From Paraspadella gotoi (Eukaryota; Animalia; Chaetognatha), in contig CM119269.1 of the NCBI GenBank assembly GCA_051294375.1, positions 3,912,302 through 3,976,301 of the forward strand: 64,000 nt of DNA, given 5' to 3'. Under the pieces are notes generated by a model. The model saw nothing but the letters and a program-made list of their open reading frames with translations, made no database searches and was not told where the DNA came from. Below, piece by piece: positions 38,671-56,025 of this stretch; within the stretch, counting starts at the first letter, position 1, and every line of letters begins with the position of its first letter. The translations under genes and the position numbers were made by a program.

Positions 38671-39820
38671 AAACATTAAATAGCTATTTTAAAAATATCT
38701 AAATAGGCTTTCGGACTGCCTTCATGCTTCTTACTGCTCTGATAATTGCTGTAGAATGTAACATATAAAGAAGTTTAAAAAACTGGATGAGGGATATAGT
38801 CAATTTATAGTTATGTTTATTAACTTTGTAGGAACGAGAGCCAGATTTTAAGTTTACAATAGGCACTACATGTTGAAGTTTTGACGACAATGATTAGACT
38901 TTCATTGATTGTTACACGATTCGATATTCAATGATCGATGATTCATTGGTGATTGGTCAACGATTTATTGATTGTCGGTCGACGATTCATTGATTGGTGA
39001 ATGAATCTCCGGCGAAAAGTGCGCGACCTACAAAAATCACGATCGAAAAAGATTTACGATTACTCGAGCCTTTGAGACAGTCATTTTCCCCGTATGTTCC
39101 CACCACTTCTATTCATGCTCCCCAATGTCCCTCTGCCACCCTGTTTCCCCTTGCTCTCTCCCGGTATCACGTTCCTCCGTCCAACTCCGCCATGGATACC
39201 CTATTATCACTCTTTGAATTTTCCACCACTCCCAACCTTTTATGCCCGTTGTGCGAGGAGACTTGATTCGATAAAAGACATTAACCTTTAGGAAGATTTA
39301 GAATGTACGTATTATTAGAACAAATTTATTTTATTTTTTTTCTTAATTTGAAGCAAAGCCGAAGGCTAAATTTCATTTTTCATCATTCTCTAATAATTTG
39401 AATGTTAAGTAATCTATAATATGATCGATTTAAATTAAACATCCTCCGACCATAAATAAGCTTTTTCGCTTTACCCTCGTTCCCTTCCTCCTCTTCCCCT
39501 CCTTTTATTTTCTTTTTTTTTTTCTTCTCGCAGTAAAAAATCCGTGTAAACAAACCAATTAACTTTCTCTGCCTGTCGTTCTAAAAAGCTCTGAGGCGAC
39601 CGACCCACGGGTCTCCTGAGGCCCCCACCATAACTTTACCCCTAACCCACTATATCACCCACGCAACCACCCACCCAAGCACCCACCTATTCCCTCCTTG
39701 ACTAGATAAACAACGCGTCTCTCAACTCATTAACCTCTTCTCAGTCGAAGGAGAATTTCGACCGCGAGTCGCCGAAAGGATCGTCGAGGGATGCGTCGAT
39801 CCCTTCTCTCTCCTCCTTCT

Positions 39821-39866
<46 letters not shown>

Positions 39867-39888
39867 TCTCTCGATCGCGCAATCGTCG

Positions 39889-39898
39889 CCATATTTGG
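39889..39898 (+). promoter_or_regulatory. CArG box (SRF-binding consensus) upstream of actin
   Basis: CCATATTTGG matches CC(A/T)6GG, about 115 bp upstream of the TATA box, which is typical for actin promoters. Confidence 0.75.
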
Positions 39899-40012
39899 TC
39901 GATGACGAAAACGTATGAGTGATAATCCCTTTCGATACACCGACTTCCTCCCAGATCGTTTCCTCCTCCTCTTCTTCCTCCTCCTTCTCTTCCTCCTCCT
40001 CCTTTTCGGCCC

Positions 40013-40019
40013 TATAAAA
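40013..40019 (+). promoter_or_regulatory. TATA box of actin gene
   Basis: TATAAAA in GC-rich flanks, 110 bp before the ATG. Confidence 0.75.
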
Positions 40020-40122
40020 CCCGGGCGACGGTCGAAGGGGCCCTTTACTCTGACAATAAACTCCAGTCGCTCGTCCAGCGTATTCCCCGAATCTTTCGAC
40101 AGACGCGAAGTAAAACTCCAGG

Positions 40123-43621
<3,499 letters not shown>

Positions 43622-43670
43622 ACGAATCCACCGATTAACAACACCCACTAAACGCGCACACACACACAAA

Positions 43671-43676
43671 AATAAA
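43671..43676 (+). terminator. Candidate polyadenylation signal of actin
   Basis: AATAAA 50 bp after the stop codon, followed by T-rich sequence. Confidence 0.5.
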
Positions 43677-44508
43677 ATTATTGTATTTATTTTTGCTATT
43701 CTTTAATTTTTTTTTCACATTTTTGTTGATCTCTCGCGTTGGGAATGAGTTTCAAGATCTTTGCCGTCGAACCGAGGAAAAAAAATCTGTCATCGAAACG
43801 AAGAGCGAATCTTTCACGGTTTCTGCGAAACAAAGAACTTGAAATTTTATTTTTTCGAAATTTGTTCGATTCGATTTTTAAAAAAATATGTGGTCGGATT
43901 TTTCGGAATTAAAAGTTTCCCAACGAATCTGGTTTTCTTAGCAACGGAATTAGTTAAGAACAAAAGTAGCATCAATATTTAGTTAGTCTTTAATGGACTT
44001 TGTGATACTTTTATTCCGTGGAATTATTCTTTCTTTTCACACTTCGCTTGGGACGAAAACGGGACTCGTTGCGAGCGGCGAGTGGAGCAACAGCACACAA
44101 CAGTCACAACAGAGTTGGCGACCTTGAGGCCGAATAGGGATCGTAACTCGGACGCAACGGAATTGGATATGGAAAAGCAGGATTTGTTGAGAGATCTGAG
44201 TTTATGAATTGCCTCTTCTTATTTGACTTGAAACCAGCTAAACTATTCCACCCTCGGCCTACTTCCCGAACGTATCAATCTTCCGACTTTCATTGCATCC
44301 ATCAGACACGAGTTATACGATCGTATCTGCCTACGCGATACAACTAATCTGTAGACGCACTACACTTGCAGTCAAATATTAATTAGTTCCGAAGTTCTGC
44401 GATTTGTCGCCGCTTGGAAACTCATTCTGTTAATCACGCATCGATCTCGCAACGAAGCGATATTAGATTTTGGACAAACCTGCGACACATTGTTTTGAAC
44501 ATAGTTGC

Positions 44509-44641
<133 letters not shown>

Positions 44642-44696
44642 CAGAGAATATTAGCAAAAAGTTCTTTTTTTTTAAGAAACCGCAGTCGAATCTCAT

Positions 44697-44800
44697 CGCC
44701 AGTGACAAGAGGCGTCACCGAGGGTCGGTACCTCCTAAAGCCAACAGTGAGATGTCACATCTCAATGGGCATCACAGGCAAACCGGCTGTTGCCATAAAC
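44697..44800 (+). repeat. Dispersed ~105-bp repeat, family B
   Basis: cgccagtg..gagggtcgg..cctaaagccaacagtgagatg..gggcatcacaggc..ctgttgccataaa, with an inverted copy at 55697-55801. Confidence 0.75.
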
Positions 44801-45831
44801 GTATATTTTCTGTATAATATGAAATACTAATCATAGTTTTTAATCAAACCGACTCTCTCTATCTGTCGATTCCTTTTTATCTCTTTCTCTCTCTCTGTTT
44901 TAACAGCTTTTTTGTCGGCTCCAAAGCACTGAGGGCAAGAAATGCCAAAAAAGAAAGAAAGTGATAGAAAAAGACTAAAGACTAAACACTAACTCGTAAC
45001 CGCGTTAACACGTTTTAATCTGTTACAAAATTTCTTCCGTATTTCGCGATATTTTCGTCTTTGTTGACATCGAGATCCGTTTGTATCCCAAGTCTCGATT
45101 GCTCGCGAAAAAAGCTAAAAACCGCTTTTCATCCTCTTTCTAGCGGAATTCAGGGAAAAAAGGGGCTTCCGACTGAGCCTGCCTCTCTTTTTCCCTGTCT
45201 CTCTCTCTCTGTCTCTCTCTTTCTCTCTCCCTCGTGCCACAAGGATTATATTTTTCTTTTTGAAACTTACCATTAATGTATCTTCAAAATACTTAAAGCC
45301 CATTTGTCCCTGCTCCTTAAAAACTGTTTTATTTTTTCATTTTGAAAATTAAAATTGAAAAAGTTTCTGCTCTTTAGTTTAATCGTCGAAAGAGAGAGGA
45401 GATGAGAAGAGAGAGAGAGAGATGAGAGCGAGCAGAGAGAGAGAGAGAGAGAGAGAGGCGAGATGAGAGAGAGACAGAGAGATGAACCTGAGGGCAACAA
45501 TGCGACCACCTGGGTTTGTGCCATTGAGTTTCGCTAAGAGTTTAATTTTTTCCTCTTTTCTTTCGAACCAGTTTGGAGATTTCTACCTTTTCTTAAAATT
45601 AATTCCTTTCGCAACGAAAAAAGAAAGAATCTCTGCTGCTTTTGAGGGAAAAAAAAAAGGTTTTGAAAAAGAATAATTTTTTGACGAAATGTGAGGAAAG
45701 TTTAAAGAGACGGAGCGGAAAACAAAACAGCAACAAAAAATACGTCGTACTTGAAACGCATATGCGGGAAATCCCGGCTGTTCTTTTGTCGGAAGAAAAG
45801 ATTGTAGAAGAGACGAGAGAGGAGAGAGAGA

Positions 45832-45891
<60 letters not shown>

Positions 45892-46040
45892 GACGGATGA
45901 GGGAGAGAGGAGAGAGGGGAGAGCATTTGCGGTCTCGTCTCAAGTACCGAAGACAAAAGCGCAGCATCAAAGGAAAACAAAACAAAGATAAAACAAATTT
46001 CAAAATCTTCGAGCGACTTTCCTTTTAAAAAACGAAGGAG

Positions 46041-46071
<31 letters not shown>

Positions 46072-46409
46072 GAGATAATTAATCGAACAAAGAGAGGAGA
46101 AGAATCAGAGAGCGAGAGAGATTTTCCAAGTTTTGTTTTCTCCAAAAGAAAAACAAGCGCGACATGGATCCTCGAACGCATGACTGATTAACCCTCTGCC
46201 AATGACGCCGCCACTCGATCACCCGTTGCTGCCGCCGAAGCCGCCGCCGCCGCCGCAGCCGACGCCGCTTCCATTTACTTTTCAATACATTGTGGGGAGG
46301 ATCAGAGAGAGCGGGAAAGGAAATACAAATACAATTAAAACATTTTTTAAAATATAATATATACAACTTCATTTATATGGAAGCCAGATAATCTGGAGTG
46401 AATAAACGA

Positions 46410-46486
46410 GCCTGTCCAAAGTCAGGGGCAAGATAGCTTATTTATTAAATGAATTGATAATTTTTATGTTGGTTGTACCAATTTCA
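46410..46486 (+). repeat. Dispersed repeat, family A (5'-truncated)
   Basis: gcctgtccaaagtcaggggcaagatagcttatttattaaatgaattgataattttt..gtaccaatttca. Confidence 0.8.
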
Positions 46487-47295
46487 CAAAGAAAAAGCGA
46501 AGATGAGCGAGACGTAAGAAAGAAAGCACGAAAGTGAAAGAAGATATTAAAATGAAAAAAGTTAAAGGAAATAAAAAAATAGGGGAAGAAAAGGTATTAA
46601 GGATGGAAGGAGTAAAAAAAATTTTTAAAAATGTCAAAAGGCGAAAGAAAAAAAGGCGGGAGAAAAGAGAAAGGCCCTCATCTCGTAACGCGGCGCTAAG
46701 TGGCGGAAAAATTGAAAATTCGTAGGAAAAACAATAAAGATGGCGAAAGGCGATCAGAGCGACTTTGACGGAGAAAAAACAAAACAAAAGACGTTGATGA
46801 AAACTGCCGTCGACCGTGATGTCAAAAGAAAACCAAGAGGACGATACATTTCTACCAAACACAAGAGCACAAACTAACTTCTCATCAAAACACATCGTTA
46901 CGAAACTACTACTTACCTATTAAGTAATGAATGAAGTAATTCGAACTTTGCATGAACTAAAATGAAACCATTGACTTTTGTGATATTATTATTTACGTTT
47001 AGATATTTCTCCCTACTGGGTCTTTTCTAAACGAGCATGCATTTCCGGAAAGATATCCGTTTAAAAAAAGAAAAAAACTTTGGAAGGTTAGTATTTTTCT
47101 CTTTCTCGATTCTTCTCTGGGTTTTTCGCGCTTCTACGAGAAATTCAAAGAAAATCAAAAAAAAAGAAAGAAATGAGAAAAAAAGGAGAGAAATAAAATC
47201 CTTTTTGAGGAGAAAAAAGTGAAACTGAGGACCGAGTCTCTTTTTCCTCACGTGAACGTGAATTCAGCCTCCGTCTGACGCGAATTCGAGACCCA

Positions 47296-47336
<41 letters not shown>

Positions 47337-48164
47337 AGAGGTGCGATGTTGCAAAGCGTTTAATGCCCTCATTTAATGTCCTCCGCTTCGCCTCTCAATC
47401 GCACGCAGACAAATAGATATGTCAACAGGTAAATAAATTACAAAATGAATAAATAGATAAGTACCAAGGCTTGTTATCTGATTGTAAAAGTTTTAGTTAA
47501 TCGAGAAGAAAAAAAAAAAGAGAGAGAGGAGAGAGAGAGAGAGAGAGAGCAGAGAGGACAAGATCGGAGGAGAGAGAGAGAGAGAGAGTTGTTTGGTGGG
47601 CACATTGGTCTCCTCTCTCCCGGTTAGAGCACAAAAACCTTTTTTCAACTTGTGCGGCCTCCTTTCGCCCAGTAGCGATTTTGTCCGTTGGTCGGAGAAA
47701 GAAACTACTGGCAGAGGAAACATTTTTTTTTTTTTGGTGGTTTTCCAATTAAATTTGCGTCTCGTAAAGCTGAATACTACTTGTAGTACGTATTATCGCG
47801 TAAAATTTCACTTTTCTATTTCGATGATATTCATTAATGATCATATTATCGAATTTAGTTATTGGATAAATTTTTATTTCTGAACGACCTAAGAATTATT
47901 TGGGTTTCCTGAAAGAGGTTATAACTTTAAATTTATTTTTCGGTTGATGGCCGTCCTGGGTAAAAATCGAGGCTTTACAGTTAAATTGTTTGTATCGTTT
48001 AATCGCCATTACTCATTAATGCCTATAACCTTTTAATGCCTAAAAATTTAATCCCCGAAAAATTCTGTCCTGACAACCCAAACCTTTTCCACGCATCCTC
48101 GAACCACCCTGACCCGTCAGCTTCAAGCAATCCCATTTACCACCCCCACCACACCCCCGCTACC

Positions 48165-48570
48165 TGCGCACCCCCCAACTGCCAGCCTCCATACTTCGCT
48201 TCCCTTCCCTTTGCCCTTCCCTATCCCTTCCCTTCCCTTCCCCTTCCCCCCATTCCCTTCCCTTTCCTTTCCCTTCCCTTCCCTTCCCTTCACCTCCCTT
48301 CCCTCCCTTCCTTTCCCGCATCACACCCCTCCCCAATCGCCAGCCCTTCCCGAATCCTTCCCTCCTCCTTCCCTTCCCTTCTCCCTTCCCTTCCTTCCCT
48401 TCCCCTTTCCCTCCCCTTCCCTCCCACCCCCAAACTGCCAGCCGTCCCGAATCTTCCATTTCCCTTTCCGCTTACCCTTCCCTTCCCTTCTTCCCTTCCT
48501 TCCCTTCCTTCCTTCCCTTCCTTTCCCGCACCCCCCCAACTGCAAGCCCTTCCCGAATCCTTCGCTTCCT
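48165..48570. repeat. Degenerate pyrimidine-rich tandem repeat
   Basis: ccccaactgccagcc..cccgaatccttc recurs four times, separated by (CCCTT)n. Confidence 0.75.
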
Positions 48571-48703
48571 AATCCGACGTAGAATTTCGAGGGAGACGCA
48601 AAAATTCGCACCTCAACGCGAAATCAAAATAGAAAGAATCTAACCAGAAATGCAGAGGCAAAATCGCAGGGGAGACATTAGCTCTCTCTCTCTCTCTCTC
48701 TCG

Positions 48704-48758
<55 letters not shown>

Positions 48759-50309
48759 TCTCTCACACACACTGGCGGTAGGCAAAATCCGACGAAGCTT
48801 GAAATAGAATCCGAATGGAGTGAGCGGCGCAATTGCGTTTGCATGTTTGGTTTATCACGATTCACTCGGACGGGGAGAGCGACGATTTTAATGTTTTCCA
48901 ATTCACTATTTTGCTCTCTCGACTGGAACGAATCGGTATTAGAGTGGGCGGGGCGTCAACGTTGCGATGAATTTAAATCATATCCTGAGATTTTAAATAA
49001 TAATTGAAAACGAGGGTTGCGAATTTTCTGACGACGCATTGCCGAAAAAAAAATAATAAGGACAAATGTACTACGCTATCTTCATTATATATTTGGCATA
49101 ATTCGTGGATTGAGGTGTCTAAATGTACTCGGAGCAGGCGGTGCAGAGGCGGTAATCTTCTGTTAAAATCTCATTTAAAAACCCCTTTTGATGGTAACAG
49201 AAGGACCGTGATCTAAGCCTTATTCACAGTACAAGCGGCCTTAGCGAAAATTTGTGAGTCAAATGAACTAGGTTAATATCCTTTTCCCTTCCAAAGAACA
49301 AAACTAACGATTCACCAGCGTCGAAGATTTTACTTGATCTCTGGAGTTTTGCGTCCTACCATAAAAGCTGATTTTGTTCTATATTTTATTTCATTGTTCA
49401 TTTGAGATGTCTTTACCCAGAACATGTTACACCTAACTAGCGCCTCCTTGCGCTTTTTTTTTAAATAAACAAAAGATTTGTTAGTTTGCCAATAACAGAG
49501 CGTTCTAGTTCAATAATTAATAAAAATTAAGTTAAATCATTTGTATCTGAGTAATCGGAAAAAAATTGCCTAGTAATAAAATCGCAAACTTGGGATTATC
49601 AATCAAAAAAGTTTATTAACAAATAACTATAGCACAACGCGGTAAAAATAATACAAAATTGCTACAATTATAAATAACATTCTTAACAACTTAAAAATAT
49701 TAACCTACAAAAAAACTTGGCAAAAATAATTGTTCGTTGTACACACGTAAAAAGACGAACTCGCCAAATTAAAAAAAGAAATCAAAATAATACATTAAGA
49801 GCTTTTGATCGAAGCTTAATAGTTAATAAAAAGCCATGAGCTCGATTAATTCTCGTGTTTTGGGTTCGCGTTTTGCTGTTTTGAAATCGCAGCCGAAATT
49901 CGATTAGTAGTATGAATGTTATAGAAGTAAAAATATTTCTTTGAAAAATTCTTTAATAAATTTTTAAAAGAGAATGTAATCGCTCTTTCAGTTAAATTTA
50001 AAATCTAGTTCTGGTAAACGCGCCAATCGATAATTACAAAATAGACATTCTTTGGCATTCTTCTTTTGATTATAAATATCCACATTGTTTTCTTTTATCA
50101 TTCTTAATAACGGCATTATTTGTCATCATTTTTCAACAATCGTAATCATCATCATCGTAACTATCATCGTCATCATCATCATAACCACCATCATCATCAA
50201 CATTGTCGTCATTATCATTTTTAATCCTTCACGTCAATGACCTTCATAGATTTTTTTTTTAATATTTTACTTAATCCCTCTCCCCGTAATCTTAGTCCTC
50301 CGACCCGAT

Positions 50310-50497
50310 TTAATCGTCCCGCTTTTTAATCTCGTCAGCCTCCTCTTCCACGCCCTTATTTTCCATGTCCTCCTCCTCCACTTTGTCCTCCTTGTCCTTG
50401 TCCTCGAGGAGGCTTCCGATGGGATCGAAAAGACCCAAGATTCCCGGTCTCGTCGTCGACGGAGATTTCGTGATCGTGTTGTGTTCCGAACCGGAAC
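50310..50497 (-). CDS. BEST: Bestrophin terminal exon (acidic)
   Basis: [49 protein letters not shown]-stop, ttgcag acceptor. Confidence 0.7.
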
Positions 50498-53400
50498 CTG
50501 CAACAACAATTAATTAAATAACTAAAAGAATAAATAATAAAAATTTAACTAATAAAACCCCCAAAAAGAACTAGTTAAAAAAAGACCACAAAATAACTAA
50601 AAAAAATTAATCAATCATTCAATCAATCATTTAAAAATTCCAATACAAATCTCACCGTCTTCGGTGGAAGCGAGGCTGACCGAACTCGTCGTCGCTTTGC
50701 GTCGAATCTTCAGGGCCTCGTCGTCTTCGTCGTCGTCGTCGTCGACCGTAGTTTTCGTCGTCTTCTTCGCTGTCGTCGTCGTTGCGGACGAATCCAGCGC
50801 CGATGATTTGAACGCCGCTTCGACGGGAGACTCGGCCTTTAGTTTAGGACAAAAAAAAATAAATACACTTAAATTTATTAATGTATTTATTTATCCATTA
50901 CATTTTTTAATTCTTTTTTTTTTTGCAATTGATGATTCCTATTATTATTATTGTTATTCCCAGTTTTAAAATATAATTGCAAATATTGCAAATATTTATT
51001 CATCAATCGATTCATTCATTCATTCATTCATTCATTCATTCATTCATTCATTCATTCATTCATTCATTCATTCATTCATTCATTCCATCCTACGTCCGTC
51101 GGAGTGAGAGTCTTCGACGTGGAGACGCTGTTTAGACTCGTTGTCGGCGACGGTGGCAGCACCACCAGCGGCGAATTGGGGAACAACCTCTGCGGAGAAG
51201 GCTCGGTAGGGGAGTTGGGGATAATGCTGGGGTGAAGGTCGTCCCGGTGAGGATCCACCGGGATTTCGGCGACCGTCTGAAGAAATGGTTGGCGTACTGG
51301 TTGAGCTATCGGGGGTAGCGGTGGTTGAAGCGGCGGTAGAAGGGGGGGCGGTTGCTGTAGCGGCGCTTGGACGTGCGGCGACGGTTCCGGCGAAGGAAAC
51401 TCTTCAGCCGAGGTCGCTGGAGTGAAGTCGATGGTGACGACGGATTCCGCGAAAGTGACGCTGGAGTGAGACGGAGTAGCGGGAGGGGCTGTTGGAGCGG
51501 CGGCCGGAGCGGCGGCTGAGGTGGCGGCGGAAACTGCCGGCGACGGCGGAGTCGAAGGCGGCGTTTCCGCGGACTCTCTGCGGGCGCCGGCGCCGAGAAG
51601 AGGCGTCGTGGCGTCGGAATACGGCGACGTCAATGGACTCGGCGTCGAAGAAGAAGAGCTCGACCGCGCGAAGGGTTTCGTCTGCGGCGAAGATGATGCT
51701 GTCGCTCCTGCCGCTGCAGACGCTGCAGAAGCCGCCGACGCAGCCTGTACAACTGAAGGCGTGGTCGGTGTCGTTGGCGCCGTCGTCGCCGATCGTTTGG
51801 AGAAGGGAGAGGAGGCGCTTCCGCTTCCTGTTCGACGCCGCGCCTGTAAATTCTCGGCGTCTTTGGCGCCGAAACTGTGGCGCTGAGATCCGGCACTGCC
51901 GGACGAGAGACGTGTTCGGTGATGATCGGCCACGCCCTCTATCGGCCGAGATGACGGCGTCGACGCCGGCGAAGAATACGAGGCGCCGGACGCGTTGCGA
52001 GCGCGCCCATTGGCGCCGATTTCGACGACGGACGCCGGTTTTACTTCGAAATTGTGACTCGGCGACGCCGGCGCGTTAATGACGCCGCTTAGCGTTCTCG
52101 ACGAATCCAGATCCAAGAGCGCAGTCGCTTGCTGCAGCAAAAACTGCTGCGATTCGGTCAGGGCCTGTTGATGTTGCTGTTGCTGCTGCAGCATTTGCTG
52201 AGGCATGACGGCCGGCGTGCCGAGGTGTAACGTGCTCCCAGGCTGAAGCCCCACCGGAGGTACGATCAAAGGTTTGAGGTTGACCGGAACTGGATGGGGA
52301 AAAGCATTGGTGTGGCCCGGAGTAGCGTGGGGAGTGTGGTGGGACTGGGCTTGACGAAAAGCCGACGTGGACGAAGAGAGTTCCGAAGAAGGCGGCGTCA
52401 CCAAAGTCGACGGCGCCATCTGGGGGACCGGCGCGCTGATCTTGCGTCGAAAGTCGGTGGTGGGAGTGGAGGCGCCGCTGGTCATTGACTCCTAGAAATA
52501 ATGTCAATTTTATTCTTTACGTTCCGCTTAATTTAGAAAGTGTTTAAAATCTAAACAAAAAACGTCACCTGTCGGATGGATCTGGCTCGTCGCGGATAGT
52601 GATCCTTGACCGACTGACTCATCGACGGTGCGATTGACGCCAGATCCTCAGGGACGTCTTTGCCCGCTGACGGGAGGGTGAGGGATGGAGGTAAGGATGT
52701 AATCGTTAATTAATCGATAACAAACGAACCAACTTACTGTCGTAATGAACGTGAGATACGTCGTCTTCGTCGTCGTCGGATCGTCGGCTGGCCAAATCTT
52801 GAGGTCGAAAAACAAAAAGATTTACTAGTTTGTAATGTTTAGTACTTAGTAGTATCATGTAAGACATTAATAATTAATTTAAGAGTTTTCCGTGAAGAAG
52901 TTAAGCTATTACGTAGTATATATTTTTGATGAAGAATAACATCGATGAGGTTAACACATATATTTTTAAAGAAATTAAAAAAACAGTTCGGTTAATATTG
53001 CTTAACCATAATTCAATTTCCATATAAACCGAAATATTTTGCACTTTCTTTAAAAATATATGTGTTTACCTCATAAATCGATATTATTCTTCAACATTAT
53101 GTCTTAAAATCATATATTCGATGACTCTAAAGCAATAGTTATAGTATATATTTTAAAAACAAAAACTGATGATTACTAATGATTACTTTTCTTGCATACT
53201 GATTTTATGGTTACCTAAACTTTTTAAAGTATCTTTTAAACCCGTATATGATATCTCGATGGTGCTTTTGACAAATTATAAGCAACTCCAGCCCATCCTT
53301 GCTCCCCTGCGATTCCCCAGCAGGACCTGTGATGGAGTCGCCACGGACGCTGATGGTTCTGACGCTTCGAATGTCGAACCGATCGTTGGGGCGACGAGGT

Positions 53401-55989
53401 TCGCCGAAGACGCGGTGCCGACGCTTGCTGCTTGCCTGAGGAACCAAGCACAAGCCGGAATTTAGAAAGCAGTAGATATACGTTCGTCTCGTTTCTCCAA
53501 AACAATGATAGATAGTTGATAATCGATCGATATTCGTACTTTAAAAAAAAAGCAGTCAAAAAGTTAATTATTTAATTTATTATTATTTTACCGAATTAAT
53601 ACGTTAATTAAATAATCAATCAAATCAATCAATCAATCAAACCTGCGTCGTGAGGCTGGGCGTGGGGGAGGTCGACCTCGACGGCTGACGTCGTCTGTCT
53701 CTCTCAAGGGGATTCAAATACGCCGTCCAGTCTTTAAAAGAGAAAATCGAATTTACTTATTTACTTATTTATTTATATATTATCGATAAAGAAGCGGTTA
53801 ACAGCGAATTCAATGAAATAAATATTTGTTTATTTCTACGTTGAATGGCGCCTAAGAAGCGAATGATATAAATTTAAATTCAAAAGCATTTCTTAAATTA
53901 TTTGTTCGGGTAAAAGCAGAATACTTTTTGGAGGGAAAAAAAATCAAGAGCAAAGATATATATAATTATATATATATATCACACTGCTTGGAAAAACAAA
54001 AGGCCTACATGAGTCCCATCGGCGCTATGTAATTCGCTGATTTGGGTATTTTAAGAACTTTTGTTTACTTAAAATGACTTAAATACCTGATTATAAGTAT
54101 TTTTTTCAATAATCTTAATGATATATGCATTTTAAACTTGTATTAACGTAATAACGGCATGTCCTGGGGTTAAACATGGATCGTTCCACTCAACACTCAA
54201 CAGCCCACTGAAAAGTGTCTCACGCAATTTCGGAAAGCCCACGATAAACCTCGTTAATAAGTTAATAAATTAAGTCCATCTCATTACCTCCGATAGAATC
54301 GAAAGGATTTATATATGAGCTCCACCCTTCACAGCAAAAGAAAAGAGCGATATAAATTGTTTTGAAAAAAAGAGATGAGTTTGTGAAAAATTAAGAACTG
54401 CTCTTAAGATTTCAGTCATTATCTTGAAAGAGTGATAGAGGCCTTAAACCACCAAAGCCTGTCCAAGGTCAAGGGCAAGATAGCTTATTTATTAAATGAA
54501 TGTATAATTTGTACCAACTTTATTCTTAAATTAACGTTCAGAGTTTAATATCATATAACTTTTAATCCGATTATTAATCGGGTGTGTCGCGCACAGTTCA
54601 CCATCCGTTGCAGGTGGGTTAGATGCCCCGTCGCGCTTTTTTTTTTGCGATTGAGCAGGGCGCGAACCCGAATATTTTGGGTTGGGAGGAACAAGTGCTA
54701 CCCCCGGCGCCATAGGTGCCGCTGACTCTCGGACGAGTAGCGTGGTATGTTATACTACCGCTAAACGGGCTTTAAAACGAATATCCTCGCCATAATGATG
54801 ACTGACCCCGACTTGGAAGCACATCACCGCATAATTCACTCTACTCATCAATTCCATACCCGATATTTGCGAGAGGAAACTCCGATTTCGGTCGCCATCT
54901 TGAAGCGGAACGGGAATTCCAAAGTTGACGTTATCCGGAAGTCGTTGCATCCGGAGTCCGGACTTTTCGATGGAAGCATTGCTCTCGTACTGGCGGTGGG
55001 TGGTGCTCCCTGATGAACGGAATTAAGAACTAAGTGGGTTCATGAACGTCGTAAATATTTCATGAGCTCAATCTATTTTTTTTTTTAAATTTAGACGTTA
55101 ATTCTTTATTCATTCATTTATTTATTCTATCGTCCATATATTTTTTGAAATAGTCATAAATTTCGTTTTCAATTTTCATATTTTATATAATAATACTTAT
55201 ATTTTATATTCTAACTATAATAACCTGTCTTCCTGGATTTCGTAGTGTGATTCGTTCTTTCCGTCGGAGTCGGAGATTCGTTGCTCTGTCGGCGAATCAG
55301 TCTGGAAATTTCCGACTTGTCCTACGGTAGAAACTGTCGTTAAAAACATAACATTTGAAGTTTGATTGTTAAAAAATAATCTTAGACGTTATTATTTATT
55401 CTGGCCTTGTTTCTGGCAAGGATTCCGTTTGCTATGGACTCTTCCTCTTCGGGAATGTCTTCAGGAATGGTTTCCATTGGAGAAACAATTTGCATATCTT
55501 CGGATTCCAAACTAAAAAATATATATTATTATTTGATTTAAAATTGAAAATAAACAATGAACAGTCACCGATTATTTCATTTAAATTTCAAACGTTAATA
55601 ATGTTTTAAAACGTACACGAAAGTCACAAAAAACAATTTTTCCGCTTTTATAAAAAACACAGCAGTCGCGATCTAGACCTTAAATAAAAACAATTGTTTT
55701 ATGGCAACAGACGGGTCGCCTGTGATGCCCAGTGGGATGGGGCATCTCACTGTTGGCTTTAGGGGCTTCCGACCCTCAGTGGCGCCCCCTGCCACTGGCG
55801 CGGTTACCCTAGGATGGTCTCGCTTTGCCACAGGACTGTGGATGGAACGAAAAGCTTGGGAAGGTGCGTTGGCTGAACGATGGTAGATGTGAGGGGGTGT
55901 GAATATAACGCCACAGTTTCCCATTGTGTCCAAACAATCGTTTCTTCTCTCATTCAATTCATACAAATTCATTTAAAACCTCCGACAAG

Positions 55990-56025
<36 letters not shown>

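Noticed and set aside
51492-52488. Plus-strand ORFs over the large bestrophin tail exon
   Set aside because: They are shadow ORFs of a GC-rich minus-strand coding exon.
54758-54811. Possible extra bestrophin tail exon ([18 protein letters not shown])
   Set aside because: It would need very short flanking introns and ends in a phase incompatible with the next exon. The model is consistent without it.
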